Shown here: piece by piece, positions 1-8,388 of the stretch
How positions within the stretch are numbered: the stretch's first letter is position 1
Layout of the letters: each line of letters begins with the position of its first letter
From: Opitutales bacterium
Lineage (GTDB): Bacteria > Verrucomicrobiota > Verrucomicrobiia > Opitutales > UBA9783
Length of the DNA: 13,983 bases
Assembly (NCBI GenBank): GCA_046881885.1
Contig: JBKSMP010000002.1
Span: 1 to 13,983 of the forward strand
Reading direction: 5' to 3'
Position numbers and translations under genes: made by a program
The notes under the pieces: generated by a model
The model's database searches: none
What the model was told of the DNA's origin: nothing
Seen by the model: the letters and a program-made list of their open reading frames with translations, nothing else

Positions 1-245
1 GGGGCGACTCGAAGCCTCCCTAGTTTTTAGTGTTTTTCGCACCTTCATTTTGAGTGTCATCACTATTTTAATTCTATTAAAATTAAAATTGCTTGTAAAG
101 AAATTTTCCATGCAAGAACGCAATTATTTTATGCAAAAGAATTCCTAGACTATCTATTTTGCGTTTCAATCTTTAACTAACCTTATGTCGGTCTTCAGCT
201 TTTGGCAGTAAAAGAGAATTTTCGGACAAGAGCAAAAAGACGTTT

Positions 246-1370
246 TTACTCCAAATTTAACGAATAATCACATTTAGAAAGAACTTGGTAACCGTTAGGC
301 GTAACTAAAACATCGTCTTCTATGCGGATGCTACCAAGCTCTTTAAAATACAAACCGGGTTCAATGGTGATAACCATACCGGATTGCAGTTTTACAGGCG
401 TGTGCGAAACAGATGGATATTCATGCAAATCCAAGCCAAGACCATGTCCAAGACTATGAATAAATCCTTCACAAGCATTTGGAGATGTTTTTAGGCCATA
501 GCCTGCTTTTTCAAAGAAATCTAGCGCAAACTGCATCAAATCATTCGTATAAACGCCTGGACAGATTTTAGTAATAATTTCCTGCTGGCATTCAAGCACA
601 CAATTATACAAATGTTCTTGTTGAGCGTTTGCCTTTCCTTTAAGGACAGTACGCGTCATATCTCCGTAAAAATGTGAAGCTTGTAACCTTGGAAAAAAGT
701 CAATAACAATAAGCTCATTTGCATGTAAAGGGCCCTTACCTCTTGCATGCGGATTGCTGGCGTCCAAACCACCACAAATAATCGTATCCGTAGCATATCC
801 TCCAAGCGACAAACAGTAAGCTTCAAGTCTACTACGTAACGATTCTGAAGTCAAAATTTGGCCTTCATAGTACAAAAGCTGATCCTTAATCTGGCTTTGA
901 CGAAGAATATTTTTTGCAAAATCGATTCCTTTAGCCGTTAATTCACAAGCTTTCTGTATCTCAGCAATTTCCGAATTTGTCTTTATCGCACGTTGCGTCT
1001 CAAAGAAGTCTTTATTAAAATTTATCGAAACCTCTGAGGCAATTTGCGCATAAATAAAAGCCGGAAAATCATTAGGAACAACAAATTGATCCACCTTATA
1101 TTTTTTCTGTAAAAACTGAAAAAAAGCTGGCCAATAAGCTTTTTCTGGGCACAAGGTTCGTAATTCTTTTCGAATTTCAGACAATAAATAAACTTCATTA
1201 AAGCAGCTCGTTTGTTGGCAGCGGCTGTATTCTAATTCGGAAACAAAAGCAATTGTTCTATCGGCTAATTTTAGCGCAAAAAACGCATCTGGAGCGGAAA
1301 AATTCCCCCAGTATAACAAATTCAAGTCACCTTCTGTCGTATTGTAAATACAATAAGCTTTAGTAGACAT
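246..1370 (-). CDS. M24B-family Xaa-Pro peptidase (aminopeptidase P / prolidase type)
   Basis: 374-aa ORF with an ATG start and TAA stop. The five pita-bread metal ligands occur in canonical order: D in VIDFFPRL, D in YGDMTRT, H in HSLGHGLGLDLHEYP, E in ITIEPG, E in IRIEDD. The start overlaps the upstream gene's stop by 11 nt (1360-1370). Confidence 0.85.
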   Translation of the reverse strand: MSTKAYCIYNTTEGDLNLLYWGNFSAPDAFFALKLADRTIAFVSELEYSRCQQTSCFNEVYLLSEIRKELRTLCPEKAYWPAFFQFLQKKYKVDQFVVPNDFPAFIYAQIASEVSINFNKDFFETQRAIKTNSEIAEIQKACELTAKGIDFAKNILRQSQIKDQLLYYEGQILTSESLRSRLEAYCLSLGGYATDTIICGGLDASNPHARGKGPLHANELIVIDFFPRLQASHFYGDMTRTVLKGKANAQQEHLYNCVLECQQEIITKICPGVYTNDLMQFALDFFEKAGYGLKTSPNACEGFIHSLGHGLGLDLHEYPSVSHTPVKLQSGMVITIEPGLYFKELGSIRIEDDVLVTPNGYQVLSKCDYSLNLE

Positions 1371-2427
1371 CTTTCTGGTAACGGCCTGCTAATCGTAAAT
1401 CCTTCAAATATTGCTGAGCATCCTCTAAAGACAGTTGTCCTTCTTTTTGGATAATATCTAAAAGTGCTGCTTCTACATCTTTTGCCATATGTTTCGCATC
1501 CCCACAAATATAGAAATAAGCCCCTTGCTGAAACCATTCCCAAAGAAGCTTACTATTTTCTCGCATGCGATCTTGTACGTAAATTTTGTAGTCTTGATCG
1601 CGCGAAAAAGCCGTATCTATACGCGTTAATACCTTCCGTTCTTGGAGCTCTTCTAGAAAAGTTTTCAAAACAAAGTCATTGGCTCGATGGCGTCCTCCAC
1701 AAAACAACCAATTAGCCCCTGTCGCCTTTGTCATGGCTCTATACTCCAAAAAGGCTTTAAATGGAGCAATTCCTGTTCCTGGCCCTACCATAATAACGGG
1801 AAGATCTGAATCTTCGGGCAAACGGAATTTAGAAGGTTTTATGTAAATATTTAGAGCTTGTCCTGCTTGAAGTCTACGACAAAGGAATCCACTCGATAAA
1901 CCTTCGCAAATTTCACCATCAGAACCTGAAAAACTTGCTAAACCTACAACCAATTCTACAGCGTTTGGCAATTGAACTTTCGCAGATGCAATCGAATAAG
2001 CTCTTGGACGCATCGGCCTTAACCAAGAAAGCACATCTTTTGCTTCAAAACTGGCTCCTTTTTGTGTGCGTAACCCCTCCAAACAAAACCAAAAATCGTC
2101 ACATTTCTCTTCTGGAAACTGCTCCAAAAGGCTCGATTTTAGACGTAATTCGTAATGTTTTGAAAGCGCTTCTTCTAGGGAATACCTTTGCCCATCTGCA
2201 TCCTCAATATTTGCATCTGCTTGTACCTGAAGTAGCGATAAGGTACGCGCAACTAAGTCAGGATTATTTTCTGGATAAACAAAGACGATATCACCCGGTT
2301 CAAAGTGGTATTGAACATCCTCAGGCAAGGACAATTTTATAAGATAAACACTACGTTCATCTTCGTTAGCTGACAATAAGGTCCGACTAATAAAAGTTGA
2401 GTGTATTATAGTTTCAGGTAATTTCAT
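1360..2427 (-). CDS. CysJ / cytochrome-P450-reductase-family FAD- and NADPH-binding oxidoreductase (FNR-like module only, no flavodoxin/FMN domain)
   Basis: 355-aa ORF. It carries RAYSIASA (RxYS FAD-binding motif), GPGTGIAPF (NADPH-binding loop), YICGDAKHMAKDV and a C-terminal aromatic residue (...GRYQKDVY), all typical of CysJ/CPR/FNR. The length is too short to include an FMN domain. An AAGGAG Shine-Dalgarno lies 9 nt upstream. Confidence 0.8.
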   Translation of the reverse strand: MKLPETIIHSTFISRTLLSANEDERSVYLIKLSLPEDVQYHFEPGDIVFVYPENNPDLVARTLSLLQVQADANIEDADGQRYSLEEALSKHYELRLKSSLLEQFPEEKCDDFWFCLEGLRTQKGASFEAKDVLSWLRPMRPRAYSIASAKVQLPNAVELVVGLASFSGSDGEICEGLSSGFLCRRLQAGQALNIYIKPSKFRLPEDSDLPVIMVGPGTGIAPFKAFLEYRAMTKATGANWLFCGGRHRANDFVLKTFLEELQERKVLTRIDTAFSRDQDYKIYVQDRMRENSKLLWEWFQQGAYFYICGDAKHMAKDVEAALLDIIQKEGQLSLEDAQQYLKDLRLAGRYQKDVY

Positions 2428-2430
2428 GGT

Positions 2431-4557
2431 TTACCACTCCTTAAACGTTAAAATAAAGCGTATCTGCCAATGTTCTTTAGGGCTCGTAACAGGCCGCTGA
2501 CGTTTGCACCACTTAAATTCTACATCAAAATTCCATGTTTTTGCAACAATTGTAGACCACGTGTAGGTTTGACGAATGAGATCTGGCTTATGTGCATCAA
2601 TCGAAAGCGCTGCAGAAATGACATTCGTAGAATTTATACGATACGAAACCTTTACCGAATGCTGATTGTCTGGATTCGTATGACTTTGAGTATAAGAATG
2701 ACTCAATATAATTTTCCACAAGTCATTTTCAGAAAAAGAAACAGAGGTATTGGATTCTCGAAGACGTTTTTCGTTAGGATCCATCCGCAAAAACTGATTA
2801 AATGAAAAGAAAGAAGCTGGACTCCATTCAAAATCAAAAAACGTATCTGCCAATTTACGCTGGTTTTGTTCTTTATCTAAACGCACATCTTGATAAAGAT
2901 TGCAATGTAGCCATTGTTTGGCTTGCCCAGTTGCATAATTCGTATACAAGAAATTTTCGAGCCCTAAACGCACTAAATGCATATCGTTTAAATCATCAAT
3001 ATCGCGACGATTTAAAAGGTCTATTTCATGCAAAGAAACTTTATTTCCATCTTGAGCTTCTCGATCAATTGCAGGAATAGCTTCTTGTCCACGATGCCCA
3101 TGCGGCAAATAACGATATTGAATAACAGGCTGTAATAAATGCCTAAAATTGTGAATGTTCCAATACTCGTTTTCGTAAATATAGTCACCATAGGCTCTAA
3201 ATCTTAAGTCAAATCCAAATTGCCATAAAGCTTTTGTATAATCGCTATAATGAGGCGATTGATTAAGTCCCCAATAATGTGCCATACGTGCATTTACAAC
3301 AGGCGTAAATGTGCACCACGAGGCTAAATCCAAAGGAACTGTCAAGCCTGCATAGGCATCCAAACGCTTCAATTCTTTCTCTGAAATGGTTGCATCCAAA
3401 GGTTTTTCTCTAAGATGACTCATTCCCAAGCCGTATTGATAGTAAAACGGCGTATCGAATAAAGGAGATGGCAAATAGCTAAAATGCAATTCAGGTAAAC
3501 GCTCTTGAATATGTTGAAAATGATTAAAACGGTAACGCATCAAACCACTCGTAACGGTATTGTCCGTACGATGAGAAATTTCAGCAAAATTGTCTGGATG
3601 TTGACGTGTCGCATCATTTTCATCGGGACGAAAATGCTTAATCACATCCTTATCCTTCATCCATTCCATTTGCACTAAAAGATCTGTAGCTTCGCTCAAT
3701 TGGCCTTGATGGCGCCATTCCGCAAAAAAACGATTATTTTTGGCATTAGGATTACTCCTCTTATAGGTATCTAAATCTCCATCATGGATTCGAGCAGCCT
3801 TAAAATAACCTTTGCCAGAAGGTTTGTTATACTCAAGTATACCCCCCACCAAAAAATCACGCTTTCGATAATAGTCGAACATAATTCCAGGTTTAATGGG
3901 CCATCCTAAATTAAACATTAAATCATTTCGTAAGTAACGCCCCATTTCTTTATCACGATGAATCAATCCACAATCGGCTTTCCAGCGTAAGACAGATTCA
4001 TTGAAATCATGACGATAATAAGGCGTATAATAAAGAGGAACAGCTCCTACATGAAAAACCGCATCCCACAATTCAAAATATTTACCAGTATGAAGTTCGC
4101 CTTTACGAGCTGTAATATGAACACCCGCTATATCATTTTGAACTCCATTGTAATGAATAGCAACCTTATCGGCGGTTAAATGGTCTGTAGTACCTTTTAG
4201 ATTTTGTCCTTCAACACCATGTCCCAAAATCTCCAAGCGAAACGTATCTGATTCCAAACGTTTATCGGTGTTCCAATAAGCTCCAGAGGGTGTTAGCAAG
4301 CGCAAAGACTCTGTCGTTACCCGTACATTACCTTCCGCTAAAGCTTTCGCGTTTTCTGAAAAAAAGTAGATACGATCAGCCTGTAAACATAAAGAATCAT
4401 TTAAAAATTCGGCATTACCAGAAGCCAACGAACAATTGCGCTTTGTATCGTATTCTATTGGCAAATCCGAAGAAAGTGAAGGTACGCTTCGGACAAGCGC
4501 AGGTGTAAGCATACACAACAACCAGAAGCCAACACACCTTGAAATCGTTTTTAACAT
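2431..4557 (-). CDS. lptD: LPS-assembly outer-membrane protein LptD (OstA/Imp family)
   Basis: 708-aa ORF with the N-terminal signal peptide MLKTISRCVGFWLLCMLTPALVRS. WDAVFHVGAVPLYYTPYY resembles the E. coli LptD segment WNARFKVGPVPIFYSPY (recalled from memory). LQPVIQYRYLP resembles LEPRAQYLYVP. The protein is beta-rich and ends in an aromatic residue (...LTFKEW), as in outer-membrane barrels. Confidence 0.85.
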   Translation of the reverse strand: MLKTISRCVGFWLLCMLTPALVRSVPSLSSDLPIEYDTKRNCSLASGNAEFLNDSLCLQADRIYFFSENAKALAEGNVRVTTESLRLLTPSGAYWNTDKRLESDTFRLEILGHGVEGQNLKGTTDHLTADKVAIHYNGVQNDIAGVHITARKGELHTGKYFELWDAVFHVGAVPLYYTPYYRHDFNESVLRWKADCGLIHRDKEMGRYLRNDLMFNLGWPIKPGIMFDYYRKRDFLVGGILEYNKPSGKGYFKAARIHDGDLDTYKRSNPNAKNNRFFAEWRHQGQLSEATDLLVQMEWMKDKDVIKHFRPDENDATRQHPDNFAEISHRTDNTVTSGLMRYRFNHFQHIQERLPELHFSYLPSPLFDTPFYYQYGLGMSHLREKPLDATISEKELKRLDAYAGLTVPLDLASWCTFTPVVNARMAHYWGLNQSPHYSDYTKALWQFGFDLRFRAYGDYIYENEYWNIHNFRHLLQPVIQYRYLPHGHRGQEAIPAIDREAQDGNKVSLHEIDLLNRRDIDDLNDMHLVRLGLENFLYTNYATGQAKQWLHCNLYQDVRLDKEQNQRKLADTFFDFEWSPASFFSFNQFLRMDPNEKRLRESNTSVSFSENDLWKIILSHSYTQSHTNPDNQHSVKVSYRINSTNVISAALSIDAHKPDLIRQTYTWSTIVAKTWNFDVEFKWCKRQRPVTSPKEHWQIRFILTFKEW
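2437..2442 (-). promoter_or_regulatory. Shine-Dalgarno (AAGGAG on minus strand) for the reductase gene, embedded in the last codons of lptD
   Basis: The plus-strand ctcctt at 2437-2442 is AAGGAG on the minus strand, 9 nt upstream of the ATG at 2427. The lptD stop (2431-2433) lies between them, so the two genes are probably translationally coupled. Confidence 0.6.
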
Positions 4558-4627
4558 AAGTATAAATTAACTATGCAACGTATCCAACATTTCGACAAGC
4601 CTAAACTTAAAAAACATCAATAAATTC

Positions 4628-5989
4628 TCAAGCTCTACGACGCTTTTTGTTGGAGGCGGTAAGTGCGAAGAAAAATCCTCCGATAAAGGAAGCAAAGACG
4701 AAAGACAAAAGAACGGCATTCCAACCCCACAATTTATTGATGAAGGTAATGCCAATTCCGCCGAAACTTCCAGCCATATATCCTACCGTTCCAGTAAGGC
4801 CTGTGGCCGCTGCTGCCGCTTTTTTGGAGCCAAATTCGGCACCTGAAAGCCCTCCCAAGGTTTGTGGTCCATAAAGCAAGAATCCAATTATGCACCAAAA
4901 AGTATAATCAACAACAGGATGATTAATGAGGGCTAACAAAAATGGATCTTGTATTAATGAGGAGTGGAAGAGCCAATAGAATGAGAAAACAATACCTAAA
5001 AGGATCATCATATAAGCTCCACAAATACCGCGACGTTTTGGCATAAAGCGATCTGTAAACCAGCCAACAAAAAGTCCACCAAGCAGTCCACCTGCTTCCA
5101 TCATAGAAGTTTTACAGCCTGCTGTGACAACCCCACAGTTTTGACTTTGTGCGATCATAACGGGTGCCCAACAAAACAATCCCAAACGCACGAAATAAAC
5201 AAAGAAATTCGCAATACATACCATCCATAGACGATAATTAAAGAGGATATGTTGGCGCATCATTTGCATAAAAGATTCTTTATTATCCTCAACAGGCAAG
5301 GCTTCTGTTTTTTGAGGCGTAATGCCTTCAAATTCTTCAACAGAAGGCAAGCCAATCGATTCGGGCGTATCACGTAAACGATCCCACAACCAAATTGAAA
5401 GTAATAAACAAATGCAACCTGGGACAATGAATAAATAACGCCAATTATAATGTGCTAAAAGCCAAGCACCACCCATTAAGATAATAATAGCACCGATTTG
5501 GTGAGAAGCATTGACGATTCCCCAGCGCGTACCGAGCTGTCTTGGCCCAAACCACTGTGTAAGCGTTCGAGAAACTGAAGGCCAACCCATCGATTGAAAA
5601 CAAGCATTAATGGCGTAGACAGATCCAAATAAGAATGCGGAATTGCAGCAACCTGCAATAAGGCTTGTAATGGATGCAAATGCTAACCCAATAGGCATAA
5701 ATAGGCGTGCACTAGAACGGTCGCAAAGCGCACCTGCAATGAATTTAAATGTTCCATAAATAAGCGTAAATGCAGTAAAAGCCCAACCAATAACTTCCAT
5801 ACTAAAAGGGAATTTATCAGAAGCTTTAGCAACTACGAAATTCTGACGTACCATGTAAAAAGCGGCGTATCCCACAATAAGCGCATACGTCAATCTAAAC
5901 CGCCAATAGGCGTATCGACGACTTGCCGAAGATTGCGTTTCAAAAACATTGCTTACAGTTCCATAAGAAGGGGTAATATCTTGTGACAT
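4628..5989 (-). CDS. MFS organophosphate:phosphate antiporter (OPA family; GlpT/UhpC/UhpT-like sugar-phosphate or glycerol-3-phosphate transporter)
   Basis: 453-aa polytopic hydrophobic ORF. The N-terminal RFRLTYALIVGYAAFYMVRQNF matches the GlpT/UhpC signature (GYAAYYLVRKNF in E. coli GlpT, from memory). The size is typical for the family. The minus-strand sequence AAGGAAAAGGAAACGAA lies immediately upstream of the ATG. Substrate (hexose-P versus G3P) cannot be decided from sequence alone. Confidence 0.85.
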   Translation of the reverse strand: MSQDITPSYGTVSNVFETQSSASRRYAYWRFRLTYALIVGYAAFYMVRQNFVVAKASDKFPFSMEVIGWAFTAFTLIYGTFKFIAGALCDRSSARLFMPIGLAFASITSLIAGCCNSAFLFGSVYAINACFQSMGWPSVSRTLTQWFGPRQLGTRWGIVNASHQIGAIIILMGGAWLLAHYNWRYLFIVPGCICLLLSIWLWDRLRDTPESIGLPSVEEFEGITPQKTEALPVEDNKESFMQMMRQHILFNYRLWMVCIANFFVYFVRLGLFCWAPVMIAQSQNCGVVTAGCKTSMMEAGGLLGGLFVGWFTDRFMPKRRGICGAYMMILLGIVFSFYWLFHSSLIQDPFLLALINHPVVDYTFWCIIGFLLYGPQTLGGLSGAEFGSKKAAAAATGLTGTVGYMAGSFGGIGITFINKLWGWNAVLLSFVFASFIGGFFFALTASNKKRRRA

Positions 5990-6232
5990 TTCGTTTCCTT
6001 TTCCTTGCGACTCAAAAACTTATTAGTGTTCTATCATGCATAAAGATTTTGTTTTGCCAACCTTTTATTTGCTTTATTTCAAAAAAAACTGCCAAATGCT
6101 TCATAAAAACTGTAATAAAAAATCTGAAATATCGCATAAATCCTGCAAAAACACTTATGGTTCGTTTTAAGATCCTTCTAGGCTGTATTTTCTGTAAATA
6201 CACATTTTTAAAGCTTTTATAGGGACATTTTT

Positions 6233-7027
6233 TCAAAAATTCCATCCAAAGAAGATATAAAACACCACAGCGATTGAGAGAAAGGGACCAAACGGAACAC
6301 ATTTGTCGCGAATAGCTAATGTTTTTTTTTGTAAAATCCACTGAATAAATCCCCAAGTAAATACAACAAGGGTTCCAATAACGGCTCCTGCTAAAATACT
6401 AAACAAGCACCCTTTCCAACCACAAAAAGCACCAATACATCCAACCAGTTTGATATCGCCAAAGCCCATAGCCTCTTTTTTTAGAAAAAACTCTACAAAA
6501 CTGATAAAGCAAACCAAACCGCCCATGCCCCAACAAACGCCTTGAATGCTTGTTAGCATGCTCTGAAATGTGTCGCACTCTGCATGCAATTTCGGAAAAA
6601 AATAACTCATTAAAATGCCCATAACAATACCCAATAAAGTAATTTCGTCGGGTATAAGCATTGTGTCTAAATCGGTCCAAAAAGCAACCCAAAGCAAGCA
6701 CAACAGACTAAAATAGGGCCAAAATAAATCTTTATGAAACCAATAAATTACAATAGCCAGTAGCCCAACAAACAGTTCTGAAAAAAAATATCGAATAGGG
6801 ATCTTTTTTTCACAACAAGCAGTTTTTCCCTTTAGAAACAACCAAGCTAAAACAGGAATGTTTAAATACCAGGGGATTTTTTTCTGACAATGGAGACAAT
6901 AGGAGGCGGGATGTACAACAGACTGTTCTTTAGGCCAACGTTCAATACAAACCGAAAGAAAACTTCCTATACAACTTCCAAAAACAAATAGAACCAACAA
7001 AACACATCCAATGGGCCACGTATCCAT
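6233..7027 (-). CDS. pilD: Type IV prepilin / pseudopilin leader peptidase (peptidase A24, PilD/GspO type)
   Basis: Two catalytic-Asp motifs are present: WTDLDTMLIPDE and GFGDIKL. PFGPFL lies near the C-terminus. The N-terminal TM segment GSCIGSFLSVCIERWP is followed by the cytoplasmic Cys motif CLHC...ACC. The ORF track begins at a TTG at 7063. The first ATG (7027, MDTWPIG...) gives the usual PilD N-terminus and is preferred here. Confidence 0.85.
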   Translation of the reverse strand: MDTWPIGCVLLVLFVFGSCIGSFLSVCIERWPKEQSVVHPASYCLHCQKKIPWYLNIPVLAWLFLKGKTACCEKKIPIRYFFSELFVGLLAIVIYWFHKDLFWPYFSLLCLLWVAFWTDLDTMLIPDEITLLGIVMGILMSYFFPKLHAECDTFQSMLTSIQGVCWGMGGLVCFISFVEFFLKKEAMGFGDIKLVGCIGAFCGWKGCLFSILAGAVIGTLVVFTWGFIQWILQKKTLAIRDKCVPFGPFLSIAVVFYIFFGWNF

Positions 7028-7121
7028 GTTTAGAATTTTCTCACAAAAGACCTTGTTCGACAAGCAGTTTTTCTAAAAAGTTAGAAGATTTTAGAAAATA
7101 TTCCCCTATGGCATTACCAAT

Positions 7122-8324
7122 TTAAAGCGAACGATGTTGTTTGTAAAACGCTTCCCAACGATTTTCGCGAATTGCTGAACGGATGGCTTCCATCCAACGC
7201 ACCATAAAACGTGCATTATGTATGGTTAAAAGCAGACCACCTGTACTTTCTTTTGCTTTGAATAAATGATGAAGATAAGCACGTGAAAAATTACGACAAG
7301 TATAGCAATCGCATTGATCATCAATAGGGTTGAGGTCTTCGCGATAGGCTTTATTTTTCAAATTAATATGTTCTTTGGCAAAATCTGCTTCAGGCTTTGA
7401 AATTAAGGCACATCCATGTCGCGCAATACGTGTTGGATGAACACAATCAAAGGTATCAACACCGGATTGTACCCCCTCCAAAATATCACGTAAACCCCCA
7501 ATGCCTAACAAATGGGTTGGACGATTTTGGGCTAAATACCGCATGGTTAGGTCAACAACAACATACATTTGATCCTTGTCACCTCCTAAGCTTCCGCCAA
7601 TCGCTTGTCCAAAGAAAGGTTGATTATTTACAAAATCTGCACTTTCTTGTCTTAGATCTTCGTAAATACCTCCCTGAACAATTCCATAAAGCCGTTGACG
7701 CGTGTTATAATTGGCAAAGAATTGATTTACACTTCTCTGTTCCCAACGATGACTGCGCAACATAGAGGCATTCGTTTGATGTTTTTCCATATGGAATGGT
7801 GTACATTCATCTAAAGGCAAAATGAAATCGGCGCCTAATTTTTGCTGAATTTGTATGGAACGTTCAGGTGTTAAAAAACAAAGACCGCCATTGGAATAGG
7901 ATCGAAACAAAGCTCCTTCTTCAGTTATTTTTAATAAAGATTTTGGGCGTGAAGAACGGTCTTTTTTACCTTTGATTTCATCAACTACCCCACCATGACC
8001 TAAACTGAAGATTTGGAAGCCACCTGAATCGGTTAACATAGGTCCATTCCAGCCTGTAAATCGTTGCAACCCCCCGTGTTTTTCAACAACATCTGGACCT
8101 GGCTGCAGCCATAAATGATAGGTATTTCCTAAAACAAATTGTGCCCCAATAGAACGCATTTGTTCCATCGTACATCCCTTAATGGCTCCATGTGTTGCAC
8201 AAAAAATGAAATTAGGTGTCTCAACAATTCCGTGAGGTGTTCGAATCTCACCACAATGAGCTCTTCCTTCATTTGCTTTCGCAGTAATATTAAACGAGAA
8301 GTTGTCTTCCATGCCACTTTTCAT
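7122..8324 (-). CDS. tgt: Queuine tRNA-ribosyltransferase (tRNA-guanine transglycosylase)
   Basis: 400-aa ORF carrying LTDSGGFQ (catalytic Asp), LDECTP, LLGIGG..D, the zinc motif CDCYTCRNFSRAYLHHL and a downstream LTIHN. An alternative in-frame ATG lies at 8312 (MEDNF...). Confidence 0.93.
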   Translation of the reverse strand: MKSGMEDNFSFNITAKANEGRAHCGEIRTPHGIVETPNFIFCATHGAIKGCTMEQMRSIGAQFVLGNTYHLWLQPGPDVVEKHGGLQRFTGWNGPMLTDSGGFQIFSLGHGGVVDEIKGKKDRSSRPKSLLKITEEGALFRSYSNGGLCFLTPERSIQIQQKLGADFILPLDECTPFHMEKHQTNASMLRSHRWEQRSVNQFFANYNTRQRLYGIVQGGIYEDLRQESADFVNNQPFFGQAIGGSLGGDKDQMYVVVDLTMRYLAQNRPTHLLGIGGLRDILEGVQSGVDTFDCVHPTRIARHGCALISKPEADFAKEHINLKNKAYREDLNPIDDQCDCYTCRNFSRAYLHHLFKAKESTGGLLLTIHNARFMVRWMEAIRSAIRENRWEAFYKQHRSL

Positions 8325-8388
8325 CTTTCACAAAAGACTTTATTTACGCAAGCCAAATGTGAAAAAGGTTTCAAGCTTGCTGAGCGAA

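Noticed and set aside
1-35. GC-rich imperfect hairpin at the window edge (GGGGCG ACTCGAA GCCTCCC) followed by TAGTTTTTAGTGTTTTT. It could be a rho-independent terminator of a plus-strand gene lying to the left, or a tRNA-like T-arm.
   Set aside because: The stem has mismatches and may be truncated by the window boundary. There is no tRNA cloverleaf (no D-arm, anticodon arm or CCA context). It cannot be evaluated without upstream sequence.
6184-6202. Hairpin TGTATTT-tctgt-AAATACA in the pilD / transporter intergenic region.
   Set aside because: It is an all-A/T 7-bp stem. On the minus strand, the only transcribed direction supported here, no U-tract follows it. It is likely a chance structure in AT-rich DNA.
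6322-6330. A 9-nt homopolymer (T9 on plus, A9 in the coding strand) near the 3' end of the prepilin peptidase, with several 7-8-nt A/T runs elsewhere in that gene. These could be slipped-strand phase-variation sites.
   Set aside because: Such runs are expected in AT-rich, Lys/Phe-rich membrane-protein genes. The reading frame is intact, and there is no population data to show length variation.
6800-6900. The second Zn-binding Cys pair of the PilD N-terminal domain appears as adjacent CC (KGKTACCEKKIP) where CxxC is usual. This hints at a degenerate methyltransferase/Zn site.
   Set aside because: It rests on a by-eye alignment with remembered PilD sequences. The peptidase motifs are intact, and the difference may be within family variation.
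7900-8010. Apparent insertion of roughly 18 aa in Tgt (GHGGVVDEIKGKKDRSSRPKSL) relative to the E. coli and Zymomonas enzymes.
   Set aside because: The comparison is from memory only. Loop-length variation at this position may be common. It needs a real multiple alignment before being called unusual.
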